This document shows positions 23,316-32,777 of a stretch of 64,000 nucleotides of DNA, one piece after another (positions within the stretch are counted from its first letter, which is position 1; each line of letters starts with the position of its first letter). The stretch is taken from assembly GCA_963847185.1 (NCBI GenBank), contig CAWJYV010000007.1, positions 879,853 through 943,852 on the forward strand, in the 5' to 3' direction. This DNA is from an uncultured Methanosarcinaceae archaeon (lineage in GTDB: Archaea; Halobacteriota; Methanosarcinia; Methanosarcinales; Methanosarcinaceae). A program made the translations under genes and the position numbers. A model generated the notes under the pieces. That model did not search any database. It saw nothing but the letters and a program-made list of their open reading frames with translations, and was not told the DNA's origin.

Positions 23316-23373
23316 GATTTGTTTTTCTAGTTTTCATCATATGGTCCTCCTTTCTCTTCTTTAATAGATTACT

Positions 23374-23430
23374 GTGAACTACCCCTCCCTGCTTTCTGAC
23401 GAAAGCGAGGAAGGGATCTTCCCGCCTTAA
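23374..23430 (-). mobile_element. orphan IS200/IS605-type right-end hairpin
   Basis: Minus strand GGAAGATCCCTTCCTCGCTTTCGTCAGAAAGCAGGGAGGGGTAGTTCAC: GC stem-loop followed by the GTAGTTCAC terminus typical of tnpB-carrying elements. Confidence 0.7.
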
Positions 23431-23568
23431 AGTTAAATTCATAACATATTTTTTTCTTCTCTCGCCTTAGAGTACTTTATCTTAGAATTTATTCTTAGAA
23501 AAATTATTTCAAAAAGGATATAGTTTTTTTTAAGGTTTTATAATTAGCTAAAATCTTTCACATGCATT

Positions 23569-24246
23569 TTGGGAAACATTATGGCATTTTTCGGTTCCAG
23601 TCTCAATCTATGGTTCTTTCCAGTGAATAGAAGTACCGAAAAAACAGGGATTCGGGATGGAGGGAAAACCCTTCTTGATTTTGGATGCGGGGCAGGGGAA
23701 CTTCTAATATACTATATACCAGATTATGAGAAAGTGATAGGAGCTGATTTTTCCAGTTCTATGCTTACTGAGGCGGAGAAGAAAATCCGGAGTAAAGGAT
23801 ACACTAATGCAGAATTAATTCTTGCAGACGATAACTCAGTCTGGGATAAATTAAGTTTCTCTTTTGATCTAATTACAGCAACTACAGTAGTTCAGTACCT
23901 GACATTCGAGCAGATGGATTCTTTTGTTTATAATGCTTCTGAATATCTCAATCCTGAAGGGAAAATAATCTTTTTTGATATAATTGATCCTAAGCTTTAC
24001 TCTTTATGGAAATTCAGCTGGTTCTCACAGAATTTCAGTTTATGGAAAATTTTACCTAAAGTTGGGTTGAACTTCTTCAGACAGGTATCGAGTATTTTGA
24101 AAAACCATCCGGGAGATATAATTGGAAGTGCTCACAGCCCTTACATGTTTGAAAAGATTGCCAAAAAGTATGGTTTCGAAATGGAATATGTAAAATCTAT
24201 GTACTATGAGTACAGGTATCACGCAATATTGTCAAAGATATCATGA
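23569..24246 (+). CDS. class I SAM-dependent methyltransferase; start uncertain, possibly 5'-truncated
   Basis: LLDFGCGAG, GADFSSSML, FDLITA, LNPEGKIIFFD; no convincing RBS at the available starts. Confidence 0.8.
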   Translation: MGNIMAFFGSSLNLWFFPVNRSTEKTGIRDGGKTLLDFGCGAGELLIYYIPDYEKVIGADFSSSMLTEAEKKIRSKGYTNAELILADDNSVWDKLSFSFDLITATTVVQYLTFEQMDSFVYNASEYLNPEGKIIFFDIIDPKLYSLWKFSWFSQNFSLWKILPKVGLNFFRQVSSILKNHPGDIIGSAHSPYMFEKIAKKYGFEMEYVKSMYYEYRYHAILSKIS

Positions 24247-24666
24247 GAAACTTAAATTTATTCCATTTGGATAAGGTTGACGAATTTTATGCACAACTTT
24301 GAATACCATGTACAGTGATTTTCTAAGAAAATTATCTTAGATGTTGCGTAAAAAATAGCATTTTTTGACTTTTCGTTCTTAACCGAATCCAAATGAAATC
24401 TATTCCTTGTGAATGCGCTGCCGAGTATTTTAATTAAGTGAAAACTGGCTGTCTCTTTATTTACAATTTTTCAGGTGGATGCAAAAGATATAAATATATT
24501 TCATTGCTTTTTGTTAGAAATCTTACCATAAGTAATCGAACAAATTTTGATTAAGTCATTCGCGAAAACCATTTTGCGCTGACTTCACTTCTTATCTGTA
24601 TTAATTAAGCAAAAACCGGAGGGATATTCAATTAGAAACATAACCTATCTGAAACTGGCCCTTAAC

Positions 24667-25869
24667 ATGCTCATGCACAGCAAGCTCCGGAGCTGGCTTA
24701 CCATTATCGGAATCGTCATAGGGGTTGGTTCAGTGGTTGGAATTATCTCTCTTGGAGATGCCATGGAAGCAAGTGTGCAAAGCAGACTTGCCGATATGGA
24801 TCTGACAATAATAACCATAACGCCTGGATACTCAAAAGCTCAGTCACATATGCCCGGGCACGGGGATGGCAATTTGGGAGGAGGTTCAACTACTGATGCC
24901 GAACTGACAGATTATGATGTAGATGCTCTTCGGGGTATAGAAGATATAGTTTATGCTATCGGTGAGATTTCCGGCGGAGAAGAAGTGAGCTATACCGGAG
25001 AAACTGCAACCCTTCCCATTAATGGAGTGGACCCCCAGGTCTGGAAGTATATGACCTCTCTTGAAGTAGAAGCCGGAAGGATGCTCGAACCGGCAGATAA
25101 GAATGTTGCAGTTATTGGAAATGACGTTGCCAGTGATATTTATGAAAAAAACATTGGAGTTAACCAGGTTATAACGGTAAACGGCAAGTCCGTAAGAGTC
25201 GTCGGAATCCTAAAAGAAGAAGGCGGAAGCGGAGACCGGCAAATATACATGCCGATAGATTCCGCAGTGAACGTGATTACAGATGCGGAAAAAGATGTCT
25301 TTGATTCCATCAGCGTAAAGGCTCAAAGTGTAGATGCAGTGGATACAGTTGTTACACAGATTGAAAAGAAGCTCATGATTTCCAGGCATATTGTCAGTGA
25401 AGACGATAGGGACTTTTCAGTAACTGCTTTAAAGTCCATGGCTCAGTCCGTTACAAGTATGATTTCCTCGATGACTCTCTTTTTGGGAGCTATTGCGGCT
25501 GTATCATTGATTGTGGGTGCTGTGGGAATTGCAAACACAATGTTTACCTCTGTTCTTGAAAAAACAAAGGAAATAGGGACTATGAAAGCCATAGGGGCTA
25601 AAAATCGAGATATTCTTATGATTTTCGTAGTCAATTCTGCAATGGTAGGCTTTGTTGGTGGTATATTCGGAGTTTTATTAGGTTCACTTGTTTCAGCTGT
25701 TTTTCCAATGATTGGCATAACTATTACAAGAGGAGGGAGCGAAACAAGCAAGTCTCTTTCCCCCAGTCTGATGCTTTTTGGCCTCTCTCTCGCGATCCTG
25801 ATTGGGGTTATCTCTGGAGCTGTACCTGCCTACAGGGCATCTAAAATGAAACCTGTGAATGCTTTGTGA
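24667..25869 (+). CDS. MacB/FtsX-type ABC transporter permease; orphan and apparently decaying
   Basis: KLRSWLTIIGIVIGVGSVV, GIANTMFTSVLEKTKEIGTMKAIGA, PAYRASKMKPVNAL; expected start appears as ATT at 24631; terminal RYE out of frame. Confidence 0.88.
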   Translation: MLMHSKLRSWLTIIGIVIGVGSVVGIISLGDAMEASVQSRLADMDLTIITITPGYSKAQSHMPGHGDGNLGGGSTTDAELTDYDVDALRGIEDIVYAIGEISGGEEVSYTGETATLPINGVDPQVWKYMTSLEVEAGRMLEPADKNVAVIGNDVASDIYEKNIGVNQVITVNGKSVRVVGILKEEGGSGDRQIYMPIDSAVNVITDAEKDVFDSISVKAQSVDAVDTVVTQIEKKLMISRHIVSEDDRDFSVTALKSMAQSVTSMISSMTLFLGAIAAVSLIVGAVGIANTMFTSVLEKTKEIGTMKAIGAKNRDILMIFVVNSAMVGFVGGIFGVLLGSLVSAVFPMIGITITRGGSETSKSLSPSLMLFGLSLAILIGVISGAVPAYRASKMKPVNAL

Positions 25870-26006
25870 GGTATGAGTAATATGTCTGTGATAAGTTTAC
25901 AGGAGAGCGGATTGTAACCTGAGACTTAAAAGAACGGTAATGCAGAAGAAAATGAAAAATTAGAACAATTTGCTTTAAAGACGACTCATTAAGGAAGATG
26001 TGATAA

Positions 26007-27443
26007 ATGAAAATTAGTGAAGATGAAGATATTATTTCTACCGGTGATGTAGGAAAGAAAGAAACTTATGGTATAAAAACACTGACAGGAGATCCTAAAA
26101 CTGCGATAGTGAAACTGTCAATTCCAATGGTCATTGCAATGTCAGTGCAGACAATCTATAGTCTGGTTGATACTTACTGGGTTTCCTGGCTTGGATCGGA
26201 TGCCCTTGCAGCAATGGGCTTCGTGTTTCCGTTTTTCTTCATAAGCATGGCTTTATCCAACGGATTAGGTATAGGAGGGGGAGCTGCAATCTCCCGCATG
26301 ATAGGAGCCAGGAATAAAACAGGTGCAGATAATGTAGCGGTACACACGATAATTATAATGACATTGCTTTCAATTTTATTTACAATTCCTTTTTATGTCT
26401 TTGCGCCTCAAATCTTTACTCTTGCAGGAGCTGGAAAAACTACAGGCCTTGCAGTAGCGTATGCTAGGGCTATTTTCCTTGGAAGCTTTATAATCTTCTT
26501 TTCCAACGTGGCCAATTCAATTCTCCGAGCCGAGGGAGATTCAAAGAGAGCTATGAAAGCTATGATTATAGGGGGACTCCTCAACATTGTCCTTGATCCT
26601 ATATTCATTTTCACTTTGAAGATGGGAATTGCAGGTGCAGCCTGGGCAACTGTTCTTTCCATAGCTATAAGTTCTCTTATGATGGCTAACTGGCTGTTCT
26701 TCAGAAAAGATACTTATGTTACCTTTGATTTCAAGAATTTTCGCTTTGAAAAGAATATTATAAAAGAGATCGTACAGGTATCGTTTCCAGCTTCAGCCCA
26801 GCAGCTTTCAATGTCTCTTTCAATGATATTCCTGAATTCTATTATTGTACTTGTAAGCAACACTGATGGAGTTGCCGTATATGCTACGGGATGGAGAGTG
26901 GCTACAATTGCAATGGCTCCTCTTATGGGAATCTCAACTGCTGTAATTTCCGTAACTGGAGCTGCAATAGGAGCTCATGATTATTTGAAAGCAAAAGAAG
27001 CCCTTTCTTATTCAACTAAACTTGGATTTCTTTTAGAGTGCGGAATAGGAGTTTTTATGTTTATCTTTGCAACGCAAATAGCTTCTGTATTTACGCAATC
27101 TGGAGGAGGAGCTCATATAACAGCTGATCTTGCTTATTTTCTGAGATTAATGTGCCTGTTTTACCCAGCAGTTGCACTAGGTTTTTTCTCATCTTCATTC
27201 TTCCAGGGAGCAGGCAAGGGCATGAATTCTCTAATTGCAACCCTTCTAAGAACTATTGTTTTTACTCCTGTCTTTGCAGCACTCCTTGCCTTCACTTTTA
27301 ATATGGGACAGGAAGGAGCATGGTGGGGAATAGTTATAGGCAATGGACTAGGCTCTTTATTGATGTATATCTGGGCAATATATTTCTTGAGAGCGCTTTT
27401 AAGAACAAAACATGTTACAAAGATTGAAGGAGCTTCAGCCTGA
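26007..27443 (+). CDS. MATE-family efflux transporter
   Basis: GDPKTAIVKLSIP, LRAEGDSKRAM, LNIVLDPIFIF, GIAGAAWAT. Confidence 0.95.
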   Translation: MKISEDEDIISTGDVGKKETYGIKTLTGDPKTAIVKLSIPMVIAMSVQTIYSLVDTYWVSWLGSDALAAMGFVFPFFFISMALSNGLGIGGGAAISRMIGARNKTGADNVAVHTIIIMTLLSILFTIPFYVFAPQIFTLAGAGKTTGLAVAYARAIFLGSFIIFFSNVANSILRAEGDSKRAMKAMIIGGLLNIVLDPIFIFTLKMGIAGAAWATVLSIAISSLMMANWLFFRKDTYVTFDFKNFRFEKNIIKEIVQVSFPASAQQLSMSLSMIFLNSIIVLVSNTDGVAVYATGWRVATIAMAPLMGISTAVISVTGAAIGAHDYLKAKEALSYSTKLGFLLECGIGVFMFIFATQIASVFTQSGGGAHITADLAYFLRLMCLFYPAVALGFFSSSFFQGAGKGMNSLIATLLRTIVFTPVFAALLAFTFNMGQEGAWWGIVIGNGLGSLLMYIWAIYFLRALLRTKHVTKIEGASA

Positions 27444-27493
27444 GTAGGCTGGCTCTTTTTTAATCTCTCTTTCGATCGGCAGGATTTCTTTGT

Positions 27494-28753
27494 CTAATTT
27501 TTTTCGATCCAGCTGTGTATAAGTGCCCATAGTTCAGGAGAATTGTAATCAAGGGCTATGCTACCATGCCCCTGGGAATTCCAGTTTATGGTAGTAATCC
27601 TCTCATTTTTCCGGCCTACTTCTTTTTTGTACCACCATGAACCATAGTCACTAAAACCTCCTCCAAGGCCTATGTAAAGGACAGGAGAATCTATTTTTGA
27701 AAAATCGATCTCAAAACCATCTACATTTCCCATCAGGCCTGCCATGTACTGATCCAGATACTTTGGAGAATAAGGAACTGCTCCCCCGGTCAATGTCAAA
27801 TTGAGTAATCTGTTTTCGTCAACATAATAAAGACCGTTCAGATCCCCACTCCAATAGTGGTAATCCGGAGTATAAGGATACTTGTTAAATGTATGAGTCT
27901 GGCTAGCTATCAGCCTGAAAAATTGTCTGTTTGTAAAGTTGGGTTGAATAGAAGACTTTCCTTCAGGATCTGCTAAAGCAAGATTAGCTATTTGCATCAT
28001 AATACCCATATTAGTAGCATTATATGCTCCGCTTTCTATGCTTTTAGAAGTAAGGTAAAATTCCTGTGCTTGTGCTTCTATCAATTCAGAATATTTAGGA
28101 TCATATTTAATGATAATATCAACAGGCACTATTCTCTCAAGAGAACCTAAAGAAAAATCCGTGTATTCGCTGGCCTCATATGCAGTAAGGATCAATGCTC
28201 CATGACTATGGCCGATTGCTGTAGTCTCTATATTTTCTTCAGGCTTATTGCTTAAGAAAGCTGTGTGATATCTTGATACAATTATACCTTTGTACATGTC
28301 ACTAAGATGCTCATCAATGGTCCATTTTTCCATATAACTGAAATCTGTTTCATTTGCCGGAATATTTGTCTCTCTTCTGTCCAGTATATATGTACTGTAT
28401 CCCTGTTGAGCATAGTATATAGCCATATCAGAATAGAAACCCTCTGTTAAAGCCTGCCCTGGGAGAATTATCAAATTCTTCTCTACGTCCGTTTTCCAGG
28501 GACTTTTCTCCTTCACATAGTTAGTAAGTACAATGTAATCATATTCTTCAGAACCGACACTTATTTTAAGTGTATACTTAGCTACATCACCGCATACAAT
28601 GCCTGCTCTGCTTCTTTCTGTTGAGGGAAAATATAAGTCTGATATTCTAAATGAAGTGTGGTCGTATAAAATCCCTGAACTCTTGAATGGATTGCTCAGG
28701 ATTTCCATATTCTTCTCTGGGTTGACATCTACTAATGATATTTGCGTTTTCAC
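27494..28753 (-). CDS. alpha/beta-hydrolase-fold protein
   Basis: LIILPG oxyanion strand, nucleophile elbow AIGHSHG, late GHG; GTG start after GGTGA RBS; ends in TAG. Confidence 0.75.
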   Translation of the reverse strand: MKTQISLVDVNPEKNMEILSNPFKSSGILYDHTSFRISDLYFPSTERSRAGIVCGDVAKYTLKISVGSEEYDYIVLTNYVKEKSPWKTDVEKNLIILPGQALTEGFYSDMAIYYAQQGYSTYILDRRETNIPANETDFSYMEKWTIDEHLSDMYKGIIVSRYHTAFLSNKPEENIETTAIGHSHGALILTAYEASEYTDFSLGSLERIVPVDIIIKYDPKYSELIEAQAQEFYLTSKSIESGAYNATNMGIMMQIANLALADPEGKSSIQPNFTNRQFFRLIASQTHTFNKYPYTPDYHYWSGDLNGLYYVDENRLLNLTLTGGAVPYSPKYLDQYMAGLMGNVDGFEIDFSKIDSPVLYIGLGGGFSDYGSWWYKKEVGRKNERITTINWNSQGHGSIALDYNSPELWALIHSWIEKN

Positions 28754-29221
28754 TTTCTCACCTTGTGAGATTCTCAAATCCTATTCTGTATTTGAGGATC
28801 TAACTTTTTCATGTATCATCAGTTAATTTTCCCGTTTTGTCATCGTTAGTTTTCCCGTATTAATATATCAGTTAATGAAGTGTAAAATAGTAAAAAATAA
28901 ACCTATAGGCTAAAAACAGAGAAATTATGAGTTAACAACCCAAAAATCTTTGATCAATAGGGACTATCTTATTCATGATATGACAGGAGATTTTCAGTTC
29001 TCATACCTCTGCTTTGAAAATATTACCCGTCAATTAGTACTCAACTCTCTAAATATAAAGATTGCCATTTGACATTTCATATCTCATTTATTATAATGTT
29101 TACTTATTCCAGTCAATAAAAGGAAAATTTTTCCTTATATATGGACTTCCAGATTTTTAATATTATATTTCGCAAAATTATTGTATATGAAGTGTAATAC
29201 CTCTAGGAGGAGGTACTGAAC

Positions 29222-29911
29222 TTGAAAAAATATTTATCCATATTTCTGATGTCAGTTCTTGTTTTTGGAGCTCTTTTCTCTATCATTGTTTCAGGAGCAG
29301 AAGGAAACATAACATCAAATAAATCTACTTTAGAAAATAAATCTTGTCCAGCCAATGTAACCAAAACCTCAGAAGAAATTCCTGTATCTGAGCAGAAGTT
29401 CAGGACAGGTCCTACTGTAATTCTCAGGCCGGTTAATGATGTCATTACCGCAAACGAAGATGGACTTGTTGAACTTTATATAGATAATCCATCCCTTAAT
29501 GATGTGACTCTTAATGTAGATGCAAGAATCAGTGTTCCCTCTGGAATCCATGTCTATGGAGAGGGCTTTGGCCAGGCTGGTGCAGCAGGTACGGTTTATG
29601 GTACATTTTCCGTACCTTCTGGAAGCGCCCGCACAATCTACATTAACATCAAGGGAGAAAATGTAGGCTCGTATACCGTTCATTTCAGCGGTCTTTACTG
29701 GCCTGGAGATAATAAAGATAATTACAATCCAATTTCACTTTCCCACCCATTTGAAGTTAAAGAACCTTCCTCAAGTCCTGATGAAGCTCCTGCTTCAAAC
29801 AAAACCACAGGAGTACAGGCCGAAGGAAAGGGCTCATTTAGTGTTCCAGGATTTGGAGTGTTGATTGCAGCTACAGGACTGTTGGCAGTTTATATTACCA
29901 GAAGAAAGTAA
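29222..29911 (+). CDS. PGF-CTERM (archaeosortase A substrate) surface protein, Ig-like domain, copy A1
   Basis: GGAGGAGGT RBS with TTG start; signal peptide; VPGFG-TM-RRK tail. Confidence 0.9.
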   Translation: MKKYLSIFLMSVLVFGALFSIIVSGAEGNITSNKSTLENKSCPANVTKTSEEIPVSEQKFRTGPTVILRPVNDVITANEDGLVELYIDNPSLNDVTLNVDARISVPSGIHVYGEGFGQAGAAGTVYGTFSVPSGSARTIYINIKGENVGSYTVHFSGLYWPGDNKDNYNPISLSHPFEVKEPSSSPDEAPASNKTTGVQAEGKGSFSVPGFGVLIAATGLLAVYITRRK

Positions 29912-30045
29912 TCGGATCAAAAAGGAGATTAATACAATTTTGAAGGGAGAAATCCCTCATATTTTTTCCCTTTTTGGTTAATAAGCTGCAGAAATGCGTC
30001 TAATGCAGAGGTACTTCCCTAAAGTTAAAATTGGGCCTTTTCAAT

Positions 30046-30207
30046 TTCGGGGAAGATATTGAAAATGCAGAAGATTACGCACTTGACCTTTCTATCAAGG
30101 TGAAAGCTGAATCAGATTCCCCAGAAACTCCAATTCCCGGATTTAGTGTAGTAAATATGATTTCCGTATTAATGGGAGCCTTCCTCTTAAAAAGGAGAAG
30201 TTTCTAA
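30046..30207 (+). pseudogene. 3' relic of a PGF-CTERM gene paralogous to 31647-32552
   Basis: Translates FGEDIENAEDYALDLSIKVKAESDSPETPIPGFSVVNMISVLMGAFLLKRRSF*, matching FGDDIKNAEDYTLKLPIKVEA...LPGF...LRKR; no start codon. Confidence 0.85.
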
Positions 30208-30626
30208 CATAAAAGGAAAAATCTCTGATATACTATAAACTTATTTTTCCAGTTGAATATGTAGGGACTACGTTTTAAAAAGTGTAAGTCCTGTTTTTTG
30301 AGAAATTTTGCTTAAAAATTATTTCTGAAACTTTTTAAATTTATTCCAGAGACGGTTTACTACATAGAAAATGCTAAGGACAAAATTGTTAACATTTTTT
30401 AATAGCACAAAAGTCATACTTTTCATATTAAATTATTGTGTCATGTATGGAGGTTTTCTCCAATATATCACATACCGTAGATGAAAGTGAAATAAACCAA
30501 AATACTTAATACCTGTTGGGAAGTATCGGTCTAGAGTACATTGCATATGATAACAATCAAAATTTAATTTTTGAAGCTATTTTCAAAAAACCAGCCGGTA
30601 ATTCAATACCCCTGGAGGTATCAAAG

Positions 30627-31451
30627 TTGAAAAGCTATTTATCTATAGTTTTGGTGTCAATTCTTGTTTTTGGGACTGTCTTCTCATGTACTGGAGGAGC
30701 AGAAGAAAACCCACTAGCAAATGAAGCGGCATCAAAGATCTTAAAATACAGTGAATCTGCCAATCAATCTGCGAATCAATCCGTTAATAAATCTATCAAT
30801 CAATCCGTTAATAAATCCGTCAATCAATCTATTAACAAATCCGCCAATCTATCGGCCGACAAATCTTCATTAAAAAACGAGTCTTATTCAGCCAATGTAA
30901 CTGGAAATACTGAAGGAGTGCCTTTAACTGAACAGAAGTTCAGGGTAGGTCCTACTGTAGTTCTCAGACCTGTTAACGATGTCATAACTGAAAATGAAGA
31001 TGGGCTTATTGAACTATATATCGATAATCCTTCACTTAATGATGTGACTCTGAATGTAGATGCAAGAATCAGTGTTCCCTCCGGGATTCATGTCTATGGA
31101 CAGGGCTTTGGTCAAACAGGGGCAGCGGGTACTGTCTATGGCACATTTTCCGTTCCTCCCGGAACTGCCCGGACAATTTATATCGATATCAAGGGAGAAA
31201 AAGTAGGCAGCTCTACTGTTCACTTTAGTGGCATGTACTGGCCAGGAGATAACAAGGACAATTACAACCCGATTTCACTCACTCATCCATTTGAAATCAA
31301 AGAACCTTCAACAAATCCTGAGGAAACCCCTGATTTTGATAAAGTCACCGGTGTAAATGCCGAAGCAGAGGGTTCAGTTAGTGCTCCAGGTTTTGGAGTA
31401 TTAATTGCAGCTATAGGCCTGCTAGGAGTTTACATTGCCAGAAGAAAGTAA
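30627..31451 (+). CDS. PGF-CTERM surface protein, copy A2, with N-x-S repeat linker
   Basis: GGAGGT RBS with TTG at 30627; core nearly identical to 29222-29911; APGFG-TM-RRK tail. Confidence 0.9.
   Translation: MKSYLSIVLVSILVFGTVFSCTGGAEENPLANEAASKILKYSESANQSANQSVNKSINQSVNKSVNQSINKSANLSADKSSLKNESYSANVTGNTEGVPLTEQKFRVGPTVVLRPVNDVITENEDGLIELYIDNPSLNDVTLNVDARISVPSGIHVYGQGFGQTGAAGTVYGTFSVPPGTARTIYIDIKGEKVGSSTVHFSGMYWPGDNKDNYNPISLTHPFEIKEPSTNPEETPDFDKVTGVNAEAEGSVSAPGFGVLIAAIGLLGVYIARRK
30762..30857 (+). repeat. 12-bp coding tandem repeat, 8 copies (N-[Q/K/L]-S-[A/V/I])
   Basis: AATCAATCTGCG AATCAATCCGTT AATAAATCTATC ... encodes NQSANQSVNKSINQSVNKSVNQSINKSANLSA. Confidence 0.92.
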
Positions 31452-31646
31452 ACTCGATCAAAAAAGGAGTTCAAGATTATTTTCAAAGAGAAAAACCTCT
31501 AATTTTTCTCTTTTTTGTTTTTGACAACTTGTAAAGAAGTACCTATAATTTCTAATTATGTGGTTCTAACCACTCTTGATAATGAATAAACATTCGTTTT
31601 TGTAGATTTTGACTCTTATAAAGAGCATTTCAAAAAAGGTGCTAGA

Positions 31647-32552
31647 ATGTCCGGAAGAGAGATTTTGAAGGCTTTAGTAAGTTGCCTCTTAGTAGGCTGT
31701 TTTTTAATCGGCAACATTGCGTATGCTTCTGCATCATCATCTGAGGCTTCAACAAATTCAGATTCTTACGAGAACAAAACAGGGCTCTCAGAAGAAGAAT
31801 TACAGTCTTCAGAAGAAGCTCAAAATTCAGAAAAAGACTCACAAACCTCTGGAGATGATGAAAGACAGACCTCAGATAATAAAACGAACTCTTCGGAAAA
31901 TGCAGAAATACAATCTGCGGAGAAAACAGAAACAAACTCCTCTCAGTATCCGGAAACGGGATCTTCGGAGAATACAAAAACAGAAATCACTCAATATAAT
32001 ATAAAACATTCAGAGTACACGAAAATAGAAAACAACCAGTATATACAGAAAGAATCCGAAAATACAGGCTCGTCTAAGTACTCCAAAGAAGCACCACCTT
32101 CCGCAAGTGTCAATCTTCATGGAGAAAAAACGGAAGTTGTTTCCGGGGAAGATATTCTATTGAAGCTTTCAGCAGTGAACCTGATCACAAAACCTGTTAT
32201 GCATGTTCAGGTTATTATTATTCCACCGTCTGGAATGATGGTTTCTTCATCAGAGTTTGTCCAGTCTGGAGCAGGCCAGTACACAACAACATATGAGCTT
32301 GAACCCGGGCAGGGAAGAGATATTGAAGTGAGAATTGAGTCCAATCAGGTTGGAGATTTCACTGTAGAAGGCAGAGTGGTTTACTATTTTGGTGATGATA
32401 TCAAAAACGCAGAAGATTATACACTTAAGCTTCCTATAAAGGTTGAAGCCAAATCTTACACTGCAGACTCTCTGTATAGATCTCTGCCCGGATTTACGCT
32501 GGCAGGCCTTGTATTCGTATTAATGAGTGTATATTTCTTAAGAAAAAGATAA
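31647..32552 (+). CDS. PGF-CTERM surface protein with Ser/Glu/Thr-rich N-terminal linker, copy B2
   Basis: Signal peptide ending AYA; low-complexity S/E/N/T region; beta-rich domain; LPGF-TM-RKR tail. Confidence 0.9.
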   Translation: MSGREILKALVSCLLVGCFLIGNIAYASASSSEASTNSDSYENKTGLSEEELQSSEEAQNSEKDSQTSGDDERQTSDNKTNSSENAEIQSAEKTETNSSQYPETGSSENTKTEITQYNIKHSEYTKIENNQYIQKESENTGSSKYSKEAPPSASVNLHGEKTEVVSGEDILLKLSAVNLITKPVMHVQVIIIPPSGMMVSSSEFVQSGAGQYTTTYELEPGQGRDIEVRIESNQVGDFTVEGRVVYYFGDDIKNAEDYTLKLPIKVEAKSYTADSLYRSLPGFTLAGLVFVLMSVYFLRKR

Positions 32553-32777
32553 GTTGATACAAATAAATGAAAAAGGAATAGGGTTACTTCATTAATTCAT
32601 TAATTTTGTTCGCGAATCCAAACGGAGACTAATTTATGACATATGACAGGGAAAAATGGATATGAAAATCAAGTAAAGAATAAAATGAAGGGAATTCAGG
32701 CATGAAATTTCTTTTCGGCCTGAATATCCTGACAATGCTTAATCCAATGACTACAGAGTATGCAGAGCCATTTATCT

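Noticed and set aside
28781-28819. Upstream ATG plus in-frame TAG ahead of the alpha/beta hydrolase, considered as a pyrrolysine extension
   Set aside because: A GTG at 28753 with a well-placed GGTGA RBS explains the start without readthrough, and the extension is only a few codons.
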